IMG/VR virus record: IMGVR_UViG_3300020220_003756
Location: 1 to 64,000 of that record
DNA from: a virus
DNA: 64,000 bases
Strand: one strand, 5' to 3'
Shown here: positions 40,009 to 48,007 of the stretch, piece by piece
How positions within the stretch are numbered: the stretch's first letter is position 1
How the letters are laid out: each line of letters starts with the position of its first letter
Program-made: the position numbers and the translations under genes
The notes under the pieces: generated by a model
What the model was told of the DNA's origin: nothing
Databases searched by the model: none
The model's input: only the letters and a program-made list of their open reading frames with translations

Positions 40009-40026
40009 ATTTAAGTGGGAAGATCT

Positions 40027-40392
40027 TTAAAATCCAAACATCTGGACGATAGCTGCTAAATCTACATGGGCCGCCCATCCCAGGGCAGCGATAGCACCTA
40101 GTCCTAGATACATCCATCTATTTTTAAAATGCTCTATTTCTTCTATTTTCGCTGCCAACGCCGCGTGTGTTTTGCGATCCTCTTCGTGCAGAGAATTAGC
40201 ATGCTCGTAAAATCTATCTCTATTTGTACGGTATTCGGTAAGCATTTCTTCCATTTTACCGTCTAACAGATCTCTAGTACGATCGAGACAATCATGCATG
40301 TCTTTGACATCGATTTTGAGATCGTCAATCTTTTCATCTATGTGCTGTACTTTGGTTTCCAGCACGCTCACTCGTTCTGCTACTACGGCCAT
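40027..40392 (-). CDS. coiled-coil protein with C-terminal TM (holin/XhlA-like architecture)
   Basis: ERVSVLETKV coiled coil, TM tail, AAGGAG SD. Confidence 0.7.
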   Translation of the reverse strand: MAVVAERVSVLETKVQHIDEKIDDLKIDVKDMHDCLDRTRDLLDGKMEEMLTEYRTNRDRFYEHANSLHEEDRKTHAALAAKIEEIEHFKNRWMYLGLGAIAALGWAAHVDLAAIVQMFGF

Positions 40393-40489
40393 TCCGGCTC
40401 TCCTTAGGTTAAGTCAAGTGCTCGCTCCGAGCCATGTGCCTAAATTAAAGTCGCCTTAAATTTGCCTTTATAAAGTATATTTATCATGA

Positions 40490-40885
40490 TCACCGTGATT
40501 CACGTATCCAAATATTGATTTTAGAACCTCTAGTTTGGAACGCCGCAGGATCGATGATCGCTGTGTTATTTAGTCCGTCAACGACAGGCACACCATGGAG
40601 ATCTGTTTTCAATAATCCCACTGGATCATCTGCTGTGGCATAGACTAGATCTCGTTCAGTTTCGAATTCCCATATCCAATAGGCAGCATGACCCTCGGCT
40701 GGGTCAGGCAATCTACCGGTCTCCATACAAGGATCTTTGGTCCAATCTATATTGGCACGTATACCGAGGGCTTGGAGGAGGCTGTTGAAATTAGCCTGTT
40801 GTCCTAGTTTGATCTTATCCGTCTCTGATCGTGAGGCCCGGCTTCTGGTGATATCTACTAGGGTTATGATTCGGTAGCGTTCCAT
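40490..40885 (-). CDS. conserved hypothetical phage protein
   Basis: TLVDIT...QQANFNSLLQALGIR...WEFE; TAAATA upstream. Confidence 0.75.
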   Translation of the reverse strand: MERYRIITLVDITRSRASRSETDKIKLGQQANFNSLLQALGIRANIDWTKDPCMETGRLPDPAEGHAAYWIWEFETERDLVYATADDPVGLLKTDLHGVPVVDGLNNTAIIDPAAFQTRGSKINIWIRESR

Positions 40886-40908
40886 AATATGCTACTATTT
40901 ACAGAGAT

Positions 40909-40936
40909 AAAAAAAGAGCGGAATAAATCCGCTCTT
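40909..40936 (-). terminator. intrinsic terminator
   Basis: AAGAGCGGA-TTTAT-TCCGCTCTT plus T tract. Confidence 0.85.
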
Positions 40937-40960
40937 CCCTTCCCATCCCGAGGAATCTAA

Positions 40961-41371
40961 TTACTGTGCGTTAGCAAACAGAGGATAGCCTGTGGCTCTT
41001 GTTACTGTAGCACTACCTAAGTTCACAGAATTGACTGTACCAAGACCTTGCACTTCGTCTTCTAAGTGTGCAGCCAATGTTTCTGAGTTGGTACCGTCAT
41101 AGGTGTCAGTTCCGAACTCGCCCTCGATCATCACGTCGAACATACGGCCTGCGCCAGAACCATTTGTTCTTAGTGCGCTTACGCCTACGATTGTTGTGAT
41201 TCTAGACATTGCAGAAATGATTGCTTGAAACGCACCGCCTGGACCCATGTTGGCTGATGATAGGTCTACTGCTGCTACAATGTCAACAGTGTACTTGTCA
41301 ATGGTTTTACCTAAAAACGCACGACCACGTGTTGAGTCAATTGTTGGATTTACTTTTGTTACGACTGCCAT
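40961..41371 (-). CDS. probable abundant virion structural protein
   Basis: perfect TATAAATA (41449-41456), strong SD, own terminator, Ala/Gly/Thr-rich. Confidence 0.75.
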   Translation of the reverse strand: MAVVTKVNPTIDSTRGRAFLGKTIDKYTVDIVAAVDLSSANMGPGGAFQAIISAMSRITTIVGVSALRTNGSGAGRMFDVMIEGEFGTDTYDGTNSETLAAHLEDEVQGLGTVNSVNLGSATVTRATGYPLFANAQ

Positions 41372-41400
41372 GATATTTTCTCCTTATCTCTAATATCTCA

Positions 41401-41456
41401 GTCCCGCTCCGGGACCGGCAATTATGAGAATCGCCCGATTCTCATTAGTATTTATA
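41401..41456 (-). promoter_or_regulatory. late promoter plus two leader hairpins
   Basis: TATAAATA; ATGAGAATCG/CGATTCTCAT stem; GTCCC-GGAGC-GGGAC stem-loop. Confidence 0.75.
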
Positions 41457-41476
41457 GATTTTGGAAAAAAACGTGC

Positions 41477-42592
41477 TCAATCGGCTCTATATGGAGTCCA
41501 ACGATCTCTAGGCACTAATTTTACAGCATCATCGGTGCTCATGTAACCCTCACCCCCGGGCTTACCTCCTGTGTGAGCCACGATATCACCTTCAGCCTGG
41601 TCCAGTTCTCGTATAACTTCGTCTTTGGCTTTCATTAATTCTACTACCAGAGAAAACATTCCGTCCATCACGCCTGGATTGGTTTTGTCGAGGTCGGCGA
41701 TTTTTGCCTGCTTGCCGGTGCTTACTTTGCTGTTCTGCAGCCACTGGAAAAAACTAGCCGAATCGATTTTATCTAAGGCCTTGGCCTTAGATTGATTGTT
41801 GACGAAGGTATAAATGATAGTCTGTAGATCTCCTAGTCCAGAGACCGGAGCCAATAGTTTGTCTACTTTAGGACCGATCTGATTAGCCAACTTTTCGATA
41901 ACGCTGAGATTGTCGGCATTGACCGCAGGTTTCGTGGTCATATATGTTTGTCCAAACACCACCAGTTCTGGATTACCTGCGAATATTTCTGGCTCTGCGA
42001 AATCTTCACCTGATTTATCGCCGAAATATTCAAACACTTTATGTGCTGCCACTGCTACTTTAGCACCAGCGATGCGTCTTCCTATTTCACTCTGTCCCTT
42101 GACAGAATAGGTAGTCTGATTAGGAGTGAAACTCATCTTTCCATCAGCGCCATCGTAGGGTTTTCCGGGATGGAATAATATATCCCCGTACACATAGCCG
42201 CGGAAATCTGCGGGGGTAGCCTTTTCGAACACGGGCCACATCGCAGCCATATCACCAGCGAACTTCTCGCGCCAATCTTCGCCCTTGCCTCTGCTCATGA
42301 TGAAAGATTTAAGATCGTCTGGACTAGATGATTTACCTTCTTCACGACCCCAGTTGTTCTTGCCCACCATGCGGAATGTGCCGTCGTCATCACGACCCCA
42401 ATACACAGTGGGATTGCCATCCCACTTAATAGATATCTTTTTCTCTGGTTGGCTTAACCCTTTAAGAACTTCTACGGCACGTCGAGCGCCGTTGGGTTCC
42501 GTGAACACTAGATCTTCGAGATGATTGAACTCGCGGCCTACTTTCTTAGGAGCAGGCGCTTCGTTTTCTAATAGTAGTTCCCAGGCTCTCAT
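41477..42592 (-). CDS. KxDG-motif (ligase-like nucleotidyltransferase fold) phage protein
   Basis: HLEDLVF, SIKWDG, GDILF, GEGY, VKLV; start revised to MRAWELL. Confidence 0.7.
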   Translation of the reverse strand: MRAWELLLENEAPAPKKVGREFNHLEDLVFTEPNGARRAVEVLKGLSQPEKKISIKWDGNPTVYWGRDDDGTFRMVGKNNWGREEGKSSSPDDLKSFIMSRGKGEDWREKFAGDMAAMWPVFEKATPADFRGYVYGDILFHPGKPYDGADGKMSFTPNQTTYSVKGQSEIGRRIAGAKVAVAAHKVFEYFGDKSGEDFAEPEIFAGNPELVVFGQTYMTTKPAVNADNLSVIEKLANQIGPKVDKLLAPVSGLGDLQTIIYTFVNNQSKAKALDKIDSASFFQWLQNSKVSTGKQAKIADLDKTNPGVMDGMFSLVVELMKAKDEVIRELDQAEGDIVAHTGGKPGGEGYMSTDDAVKLVPRDRWTPYRAD

Positions 42593-43377
42593 TTTACGAT
42601 ATCTATGATTCTGCGCATCCAACCTATAGTGCCCGGTTGATAATTTTCTACCATTTCATTCTTGGGAAGTTCGATTCCCGAACGTCCTAGAGTTTCTCGG
42701 GCAGCCGCGACTAATTCTTCATAGTTGGGTAATTTTTTTATGTACGCGATGATATTTTCTACAGAACGTATATCTTTAACCGTGGCGGTCTTGCCTAGCA
42801 GGGTTTTTGCTATGGTATTCCAATCATCCCCTCCTGGAACTGTTTCGTCAGTTTCTACATTCATGAGACCAAATTTGGGGGAATATTTCATTCCTCTTGC
42901 CCTGGCAATGCTACTTAATAGTATATGACGATGTTCTCCGCGGAAAGGGCTATCTGGTCCGCTGCCTAGCATGCTACCTTGTTGGAATTTAGGATTGGCT
43001 GAAAACATGAAGTCTGTCTGCGCAAACCCGTTTGCAGGATCTCCGTTGATAGGAGTTTTTAAGTGTACATTATCTCCGCTCAATTTCACAGACTCTTTTC
43101 CGAATATAGTTCTCAGTTTGTCTGCGAATTCTGTCTTGTTGATTTCGTTGGCATCTACTGAAAGATCGAGGTCTCCGCTGTCGGCTTTGCGTCCCGTGGT
43201 ACCTAACCATTTGATAGGTACTCCTTCTTCATCCTTGTCAGTTGAAAAATCGACTGCTGTTTCCTTTTCTAGATAGGCGATAGTGGTAGGGATTTCTGAT
43301 CTAGTGATCCTGCGGGTCAGAGGCTGTTTATCCGCATCTTTAAATATGTTTCCTCCTTCGAATACATTATTCTTCAT
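42589..43377 (-). CDS. Pol-beta-superfamily nucleotidyltransferase-like protein
   Basis: LGTTGRKADSGDLDL (hG[ST]..DxD) and QTDFM third acid. Confidence 0.7.
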   Translation of the reverse strand: MKNNVFEGGNIFKDADKQPLTRRITRSEIPTTIAYLEKETAVDFSTDKDEEGVPIKWLGTTGRKADSGDLDLSVDANEINKTEFADKLRTIFGKESVKLSGDNVHLKTPINGDPANGFAQTDFMFSANPKFQQGSMLGSGPDSPFRGEHRHILLSSIARARGMKYSPKFGLMNVETDETVPGGDDWNTIAKTLLGKTATVKDIRSVENIIAYIKKLPNYEELVAAARETLGRSGIELPKNEMVENYQPGTIGWMRRIIDIVK

Positions 43378-43654
43378 TTTTGGATTCTTCTAATTTTCGT
43401 TTCTGTCTGCGATCTTCTGCGATCCTTCGCACTCCTCGCACGAATTTGCTGGGATCTTGACCCTTGACAGCATTTATCAATCTACGCTCTAGTTCGTGGG
43501 CCTGATCTGGTTCATAATGTTTATGGATGCTTTCTAATAGGTTGATAGCAGAGTTGATGATATTAGTGGCTCTGCTTTCGATTAAAGCGTCAGTGCTGCG
43601 CACTTCGGCTATGCTGTTTAATTCCTGTAGAATGCTTCTGGTTTTAAGTTTCAT
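43367..43654 (-). CDS. conserved hypothetical phage protein
   Basis: TRSILQEL...IESRA.NII.SAINL; both late and sigma70-like promoters upstream. Confidence 0.75.
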   Translation of the reverse strand: MKLKTRSILQELNSIAEVRSTDALIESRATNIINSAINLLESIHKHYEPDQAHELERRLINAVKGQDPSKFVRGVRRIAEDRRQKRKLEESKNEE

Positions 43655-43737
43655 ATAAGTCTCGACTATACGATGTATTTAACTGATTTGATATCAATAT
43701 TACAACATGTTTAATCTAATGTCAAATCTCAGTATTT

Positions 43738-43767
43738 TGTGCGGTCGCACATGTCTCAGTATAAATA
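43738..43767 (+). promoter_or_regulatory. TGTGCG-GT-CGCACA palindrome (PhaR-box-like) and TATAAATA promoter
   Basis: palindrome 43738-43751; TATAAATA 43760-43767. Confidence 0.55.
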
Positions 43768-43789
43768 CTGATACACAGGAGATACACAG

Positions 43790-43912
43790 ATGATCAAAAA
43801 CTTTTTCAAATCTTTCATAGATTTTATCACAGACGCACAAATGCGTAGAGCAGAGCAAGTCCTTGCCTACTACAAGAAAAATGGAACGCTAGGGGCTAGG
43901 GTATGGCGATGA
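43790..43912 (+). CDS. 40 aa hypothetical protein (not in ORF track)
   Basis: AGGAG SD; MIKNFFKSFIDFITDAQMRRAEQVL... Confidence 0.65.
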   Translation: MIKNFFKSFIDFITDAQMRRAEQVLAYYKKNGTLGARVWR

Positions 43913-44028
43913 AATGGATGATAGCTCTTTTTGATTCTATAATGCTGGCTAGAGAAGCAGTCACACTGACCCGACAGAACAAGTATGAAGAAGTGAGGAA
44001 ACTGATGCTAGGCGAGAAGCGTGTTTGA
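43909..44028 (+). CDS. 39 aa hypothetical protein (not in ORF track)
   Basis: ATGA overlap; MKWMIALFDSIMLAREAVTLTRQ... Confidence 0.6.
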   Translation: MKWMIALFDSIMLAREAVTLTRQNKYEEVRKLMLGEKRV

Positions 44029-44143
44029 ACGTTATCTAGCACTTTGGGATCCTTGGGTAGAATACTATTGCAAAGTAAGATTCGGTCCGAGTTGGCGTTG
44101 GTATTACCTCAATTGGGAAAATAACAGAGAATTTTTACCATAA
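44021..44143 (+). CDS. 40 aa Trp/Tyr-rich peptide (not in ORF track)
   Basis: GTG start overlapping the previous stop. Confidence 0.4.
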   Translation: MFERYLALWDPWVEYYCKVRFGPSWRWYYLNWENNREFLP

Positions 44144-44201
44144 ATAATCTTGTTTTACGAAAATAAAGATATATAATAGTAAGACACACACGGAGATCAT
44201 A

Positions 44202-44444
44202 ATGTTCACCCCAGAGTTTTTTATAGACATCATACAGAACACCAAACGCTCTGTATCCAGACGCATCATTCAAGACGAACAACTACAACGAATAGCAGAT
44301 CGTTATCTAGATGCACAGACAGATTTCGCCAAGATGATAGTGCTCAATGCCATCGATCTGGCTAAGTATTCTTTGGATCAATGCGGTCCTAAGAAGGAGC
44401 AGGCTTCACGGGCTCCCTACAAAGTAGAAAAAGAAGCCAACTAA
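44202..44444 (+). CDS. phasin-like small helical protein
   Basis: FIDIIQNTK...YLDAQTDFAK amphipathic pattern; GGAG SD. Confidence 0.55.
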   Translation: MFTPEFFIDIIQNTKRSVSRRIIQDEQLQRIADRYLDAQTDFAKMIVLNAIDLAKYSLDQCGPKKEQASRAPYKVEKEAN

Positions 44445-44469
44445 GACATACACACACAAGGAGAAAATT

Positions 44470-44748
44470 ATGTCAAATACATTTATTGTACCAGAAGTAA
44501 AAGCACCCGAAGTCAAGTTCAACAAGAACGGCTATGAGATCCGTACAGAGATCCTCAAAGAAGCCAAAGACATCGTTGCACAAGAGTTCACCTACAAATG
44601 GCAGGGTTGGGAAATGTCAGCCCAGCGCGATGACAAAACTGGTCAGATCGTTACCACAGTAGGTATGCCTGAATTTCCAGGTCTAGACAAAGTTCTAGAA
44701 ACTGCTGAAAAGATGTATGCTTTCGTTAATCAAGGTGTCAAGAAATAA
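44470..44748 (+). CDS. conserved hypothetical phage protein
   Basis: NKNGYEIR...MPEFPG...AEKMYAFV; AAGGAG SD. Confidence 0.8.
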   Translation: MSNTFIVPEVKAPEVKFNKNGYEIRTEILKEAKDIVAQEFTYKWQGWEMSAQRDDKTGQIVTTVGMPEFPGLDKVLETAEKMYAFVNQGVKK

Positions 44749-44777
44749 TATCGTCTGCGTAGCAGAATTATAGAATA

Positions 44778-44799
44778 GAAACCTCCTTCGGGAGGTTTC
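44778..44799. terminator. hairpin between convergent genes
   Basis: GAAACCTCC-TTCG-GGAGGTTTC. Confidence 0.8.
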
Positions 44800-44802
44800 G
44801 TC

Positions 44803-45108
44803 TTATTCAGCAGTAGACTTAAAATCGTTGTAAATCTTAACGATATCTAAAGTCGACGGATCGCTGTTTTTTTCTTTAGGCAATGGTAGATTTTGCCATT
44901 CGTCTTCTGTGATATCAGTGACGATCATTAGTTTGTATGGATGGCCGTCCGACCCGTATAGTGTGATAGTTTCTAAGCCTACTGCACCATCTGCGGCCTG
45001 TTCTAGTTTCTTTGCTAAGGCTCTAAGTCCTCTGCGTTCTGCTACGATATAGCCTGTGCCGTTAGGCTCTTTGTGTGGATATAGATGTACTCTGCTCATT
45101 GTTCTCAT
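44803..45108 (-). CDS. hypothetical protein
   Basis: 101 aa; ATGA-coupled to the displaced dnaE tail. Confidence 0.7.
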   Translation of the reverse strand: MRTMSRVHLYPHKEPNGTGYIVAERRGLRALAKKLEQAADGAVGLETITLYGSDGHPYKLMIVTDITEDEWQNLPLPKEKNSDPSTLDIVKIYNDFKSTAE

Positions 45109-45166
45109 TTTACATGTCTCACTTGATCTAGATTGAATTTCTTATGTTTATATACTGTAACATATT
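45105..45166 (-). pseudogene. displaced original 3' end of the dnaE-like gene
   Basis: encodes YVTVYKHKKFNLDQVRHVK*; 45127-45166 matches 46311-46350 at 35/40 nt. Confidence 0.85.
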
Positions 45167-45178
45167 TTTATCCTTTTG

Positions 45179-45337
45179 TTAGTAACGAAACGCACTGTCA
45201 GATCTATATTCGCATTTTGCTTTGACGATCCTAGTATCTTTAGCCACCACTGCCAGATCCGCTCGGCATTGAGCCTCCAATGCGTAAGCAGCGATCCTAG
45301 ATTCGGTAGGGGCATTGAAAGCCCAGACAACATACAT
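45179..45337 (-). CDS. 52 aa hypothetical protein (not in ORF track)
   Basis: MYVVWAFNAPTESRIAAY...; TAATG-coupled to the upstream gene. Confidence 0.5.
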   Translation of the reverse strand: MYVVWAFNAPTESRIAAYALEAQCRADLAVVAKDTRIVKAKCEYRSDSAFRY

Positions 45338-45561
45338 TATCCACATTCTCCAACTCCGAAATGTTCTTTAATCAAACTTGCCGCAAGGTCTTCATCAAAA
45401 GGAAAAGGTTCACCTTTCCATTTCTGTAAAACTTCGGCACATTCCCGCACAATCAACTCAGCGAACTTATGAGTATCAAAGTGTAATTGTCCGTCTACTA
45501 GAGCACCCTCTACACGATGGCTCCAGCATTGTTTTTCTAGTTCTTGAATTCGTTCGTTCAT
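45337..45561 (-). CDS. small phage protein, MNERI...KFAELIVREC...IKEHFGV type
   Basis: recognisable repeated small-protein pattern of large phages. Confidence 0.75.
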   Translation of the reverse strand: MNERIQELEKQCWSHRVEGALVDGQLHFDTHKFAELIVRECAEVLQKWKGEPFPFDEDLAASLIKEHFGVGECG

Positions 45562-45794
45562 GCGCTACTCCAGTCATTATTGGTAGTCTTTGGTTTGTTT
45601 TCTTCTTTTACTTGATCGATAAGTTTCTGTATAGGAAGTTCATGTGCAGGTTTGGGTTGTTTTCGATGTTGTATTTTTTTGTATATCTCTACAGGCACAG
45701 TCCATATGAGTATATAAATCAATAGACCCGTGCCTACAATCGGTCCCCAGACAAACATAAAAATCCATTTGAATATGTCAATTGCTTTGTCCAT
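45558..45794 (-). CDS. small membrane protein
   Basis: 78 aa, TM helix, coupled on both sides. Confidence 0.65.
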   Translation of the reverse strand: MDKAIDIFKWIFMFVWGPIVGTGLLIYILIWTVPVEIYKKIQHRKQPKPAHELPIQKLIDQVKEENKPKTTNNDWSSA

Positions 45795-46156
45795 CAGATA
45801 TTCTTAGCCAGTTTTTGTCGCTGTTCATCACTCATCTCGAAATCTCTTTGAGCACGATCCGGTTGACGCAGTTGATCATATTTTGGCCGTTCTGGATACT
45901 GTTTCTGCACAGTCTTGATCACCAACCAAGTTATGAACGCCATGCTGACGATGGCCATGTGTCCAAACACATTGTAGCCTAGATACCACATTTCACCAGC
46001 ATACAAGGTAAATGCCAGGGCCCAAAAACATGCTAGCATGATGCTGGCGATGTATTTGATCTGCATGGGAGCATTTTTCAAACCATTGAAGTTGGGATCC
46101 AACAGTTGCCAAAAGGTCCTAAACAGTAAGCGTAAAAATTTGTATAATCCGTACAT
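45794..46156 (-). CDS. two-TM membrane protein, copy B
   Basis: paralog of 17618..17980. Confidence 0.85.
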   Translation of the reverse strand: MYGLYKFLRLLFRTFWQLLDPNFNGLKNAPMQIKYIASIMLACFWALAFTLYAGEMWYLGYNVFGHMAIVSMAFITWLVIKTVQKQYPERPKYDQLRQPDRAQRDFEMSDEQRQKLAKNI

Positions 46157-46166
46157 GATTATCCTT

Positions 46167-46301
46167 TCAGTGACATTCGGAATCGTAATACTGGCAGAAC
46201 CAAAAATGCCATGCGAGATGTTGGTCCCTCACGGACCACAGTCCTGCTATGATAAGTGCAGTGATGCCGCATATGATGGCGGCGGCTATATAACCCCTCA
46301 T
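46167..46301 (-). CDS. 44 aa membrane peptide, copy B (not in ORF track)
   Basis: MRGYIAAAIICGITALIIAGLWSVRDQHLAWHFWFCQYYDSECH. Confidence 0.8.
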   Translation of the reverse strand: MRGYIAAAIICGITALIIAGLWSVRDQHLAWHFWFCQYYDSECH

Positions 46302-47965
46302 TTAATCTCCTCTAGAGTGAACTTCTTGTGCTTGTATACTGTAACATATTCCGAATTGTTTTTGTAGCCCAATCTGCCCGATCCCCATAAGATTGGATGA
46401 TCGTGGAATGAAATGGCATGAGGAACCACTACATCTAGATAACGACCGTTGCCCGTGCCCAGTGTGACGAATGTGATGTACTCTCGAGGTTTGGATTTGA
46501 ACACGCGATAGTTAGCGACCAATCCACAGAACTCTACAGATCCTGGTTTTCTTATCTCTTGGCACACAGGTATGAATCTCTCTGATCGCCAGCGGCCAGT
46601 CTTCATGAGATCGTCTACCTCACCGCCTTCACCTATGGCAGGCACAGCGCCCGCCAGTTTGGCTTCTTGATGATAGACCCAGCGAGCATATGATCCTTGG
46701 CAGTGTTTCAGTGCTGCCTGCCAGAACCGTTCCGGATTATGTGCCTTCTGATAGGCCAAGGCCCAGATCAATCTACCTAGATTTATCGCATGGGCACGAC
46801 ATAGGCCAAAATGGCTTAACTCTCGCAGGGCGGCAAACACATCGTCCTTGCGGGGATGATTACCTACCAACTGCATGAACTCAAACATCTTTTCTTCGTT
46901 CTTCTTGGCGAATGCTCTGCGCCACATGTCTGCGGTGTATTGGTCGCAGCCTAGGATCTCCGATATTAGTTCTATGGCATCATCCTCGAACACGATAGTT
47001 TCATCGAAGTTGTCTTTGGACCAGTCCTGGAAGAACGATGCTTTCCGGCGGCCCATGGTAGCCACAGGGCGTATCAGTGCTGTGCCTAGTACACAGTCGG
47101 CACGACTCTTAGGACGGATAGCACGGAACAGTCTCTTCATCGCCGGCGACTCTGCCTGTGTAACTCCTAGAACATCTCCACGGCTCAGCAATTCGGCAGT
47201 GGCTTCATCCTCTTCTGGATAGTCTAATAAGTCACGCTGTTCTATTTCCCACAGTTGGCTCAGTCCGCGATTGGCCAGTATATCTATCTTAAAATGCTCT
47301 AGGTCTTCTATCTCATATTTGTCTAGCAGGATTTGATTATCGCCGTTGATTAGACTCTTAGGTACTGAACGATCAAATATCAGTATGCCGCCACAGTGTT
47401 TTGATATGCAGCGTTTCTTGCCTAAAAGTTTATTGGCCAGACGCTGTGCTTCCTCTACGAAACTCTTGTCAATGACGTTTTCTAGTTTGAAGTTGCGTTT
47501 CAGCGTGCCTTTGGCACCATAGCGTTTGGCTGCTTCTCTCAGTGCAGATTTTTCTTTATAGGTCACATAGTTTGACACACGAGCACTCTGTCCTGGCCAG
47601 TGTTTGAATATGCGATTCATCACTGTTTCCTGCTGCCAATGTGGGAAATCTAAGTCGATGTCGGGTAGGTCATCGCGCTTGGGATTCATGAAGCGTGATA
47701 AGGGTATATGTTCTTTAATTGGATCTACATCAGATATATCTAACAGCCAACAGATCAAACTGCTGCCTGCAGATCCTCTGGTTATGTGGGGGATATCTCT
47801 AGTGAGATTCAGTATCTCTACTACTCGTAGAAAGTGTTTGGCGAAACCCAATCGTGCTATGATTTCTAGTTCTTCTGCTAGCCTATCTGCGTATGCTTGG
47901 CCTTGGGGTACGTCTCTGACAAACTTGCCTACCAGTGTTTCTAGTTCTTTGTATCTTGCTTCCAT
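46298..47965 (-). CDS. dnaE: compact family C DNA polymerase (DnaE-like, no PHP domain)
   Basis: RGSAGSSL, DLPDIDLDF, KHCGG, KIDIL, RAHA; only 555 aa. Confidence 0.88.
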   Translation of the reverse strand: MEARYKELETLVGKFVRDVPQGQAYADRLAEELEIIARLGFAKHFLRVVEILNLTRDIPHITRGSAGSSLICWLLDISDVDPIKEHIPLSRFMNPKRDDLPDIDLDFPHWQQETVMNRIFKHWPGQSARVSNYVTYKEKSALREAAKRYGAKGTLKRNFKLENVIDKSFVEEAQRLANKLLGKKRCISKHCGGILIFDRSVPKSLINGDNQILLDKYEIEDLEHFKIDILANRGLSQLWEIEQRDLLDYPEEDEATAELLSRGDVLGVTQAESPAMKRLFRAIRPKSRADCVLGTALIRPVATMGRRKASFFQDWSKDNFDETIVFEDDAIELISEILGCDQYTADMWRRAFAKKNEEKMFEFMQLVGNHPRKDDVFAALRELSHFGLCRAHAINLGRLIWALAYQKAHNPERFWQAALKHCQGSYARWVYHQEAKLAGAVPAIGEGGEVDDLMKTGRWRSERFIPVCQEIRKPGSVEFCGLVANYRVFKSKPREYITFVTLGTGNGRYLDVVVPHAISFHDHPILWGSGRLGYKNNSEYVTVYKHKKFTLEEIK

Positions 47966-47997
47966 ATCTGCCTCTCGTTGCCTTAGGCAGATATTTA
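47964..47997 (-). promoter_or_regulatory. late promoter overlapping an SD-sequestering hairpin
   Basis: ATATCTGCCT (47964-47973) / AGGCAGATAT (47985-47994); TAAATA 47992-47997. Confidence 0.7.
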
Positions 47998-48007
47998 TTG
48001 TGAAAGA

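Larger units (their letters stand above)
45127..46350 (-). mobile_element. ~1.2-kb five-gene cassette inserted in the dnaE 3' end
   Basis: bounded by 40-bp imperfect direct repeats (16-bp perfect core TATACTGTAACATATT). Confidence 0.7.

Noticed and set aside
45148-45333. 61-aa ORF from the track
   Set aside because: The alternative frame 45179..45337 is TAATG-coupled and fits better; it also overlaps the displaced dnaE tail
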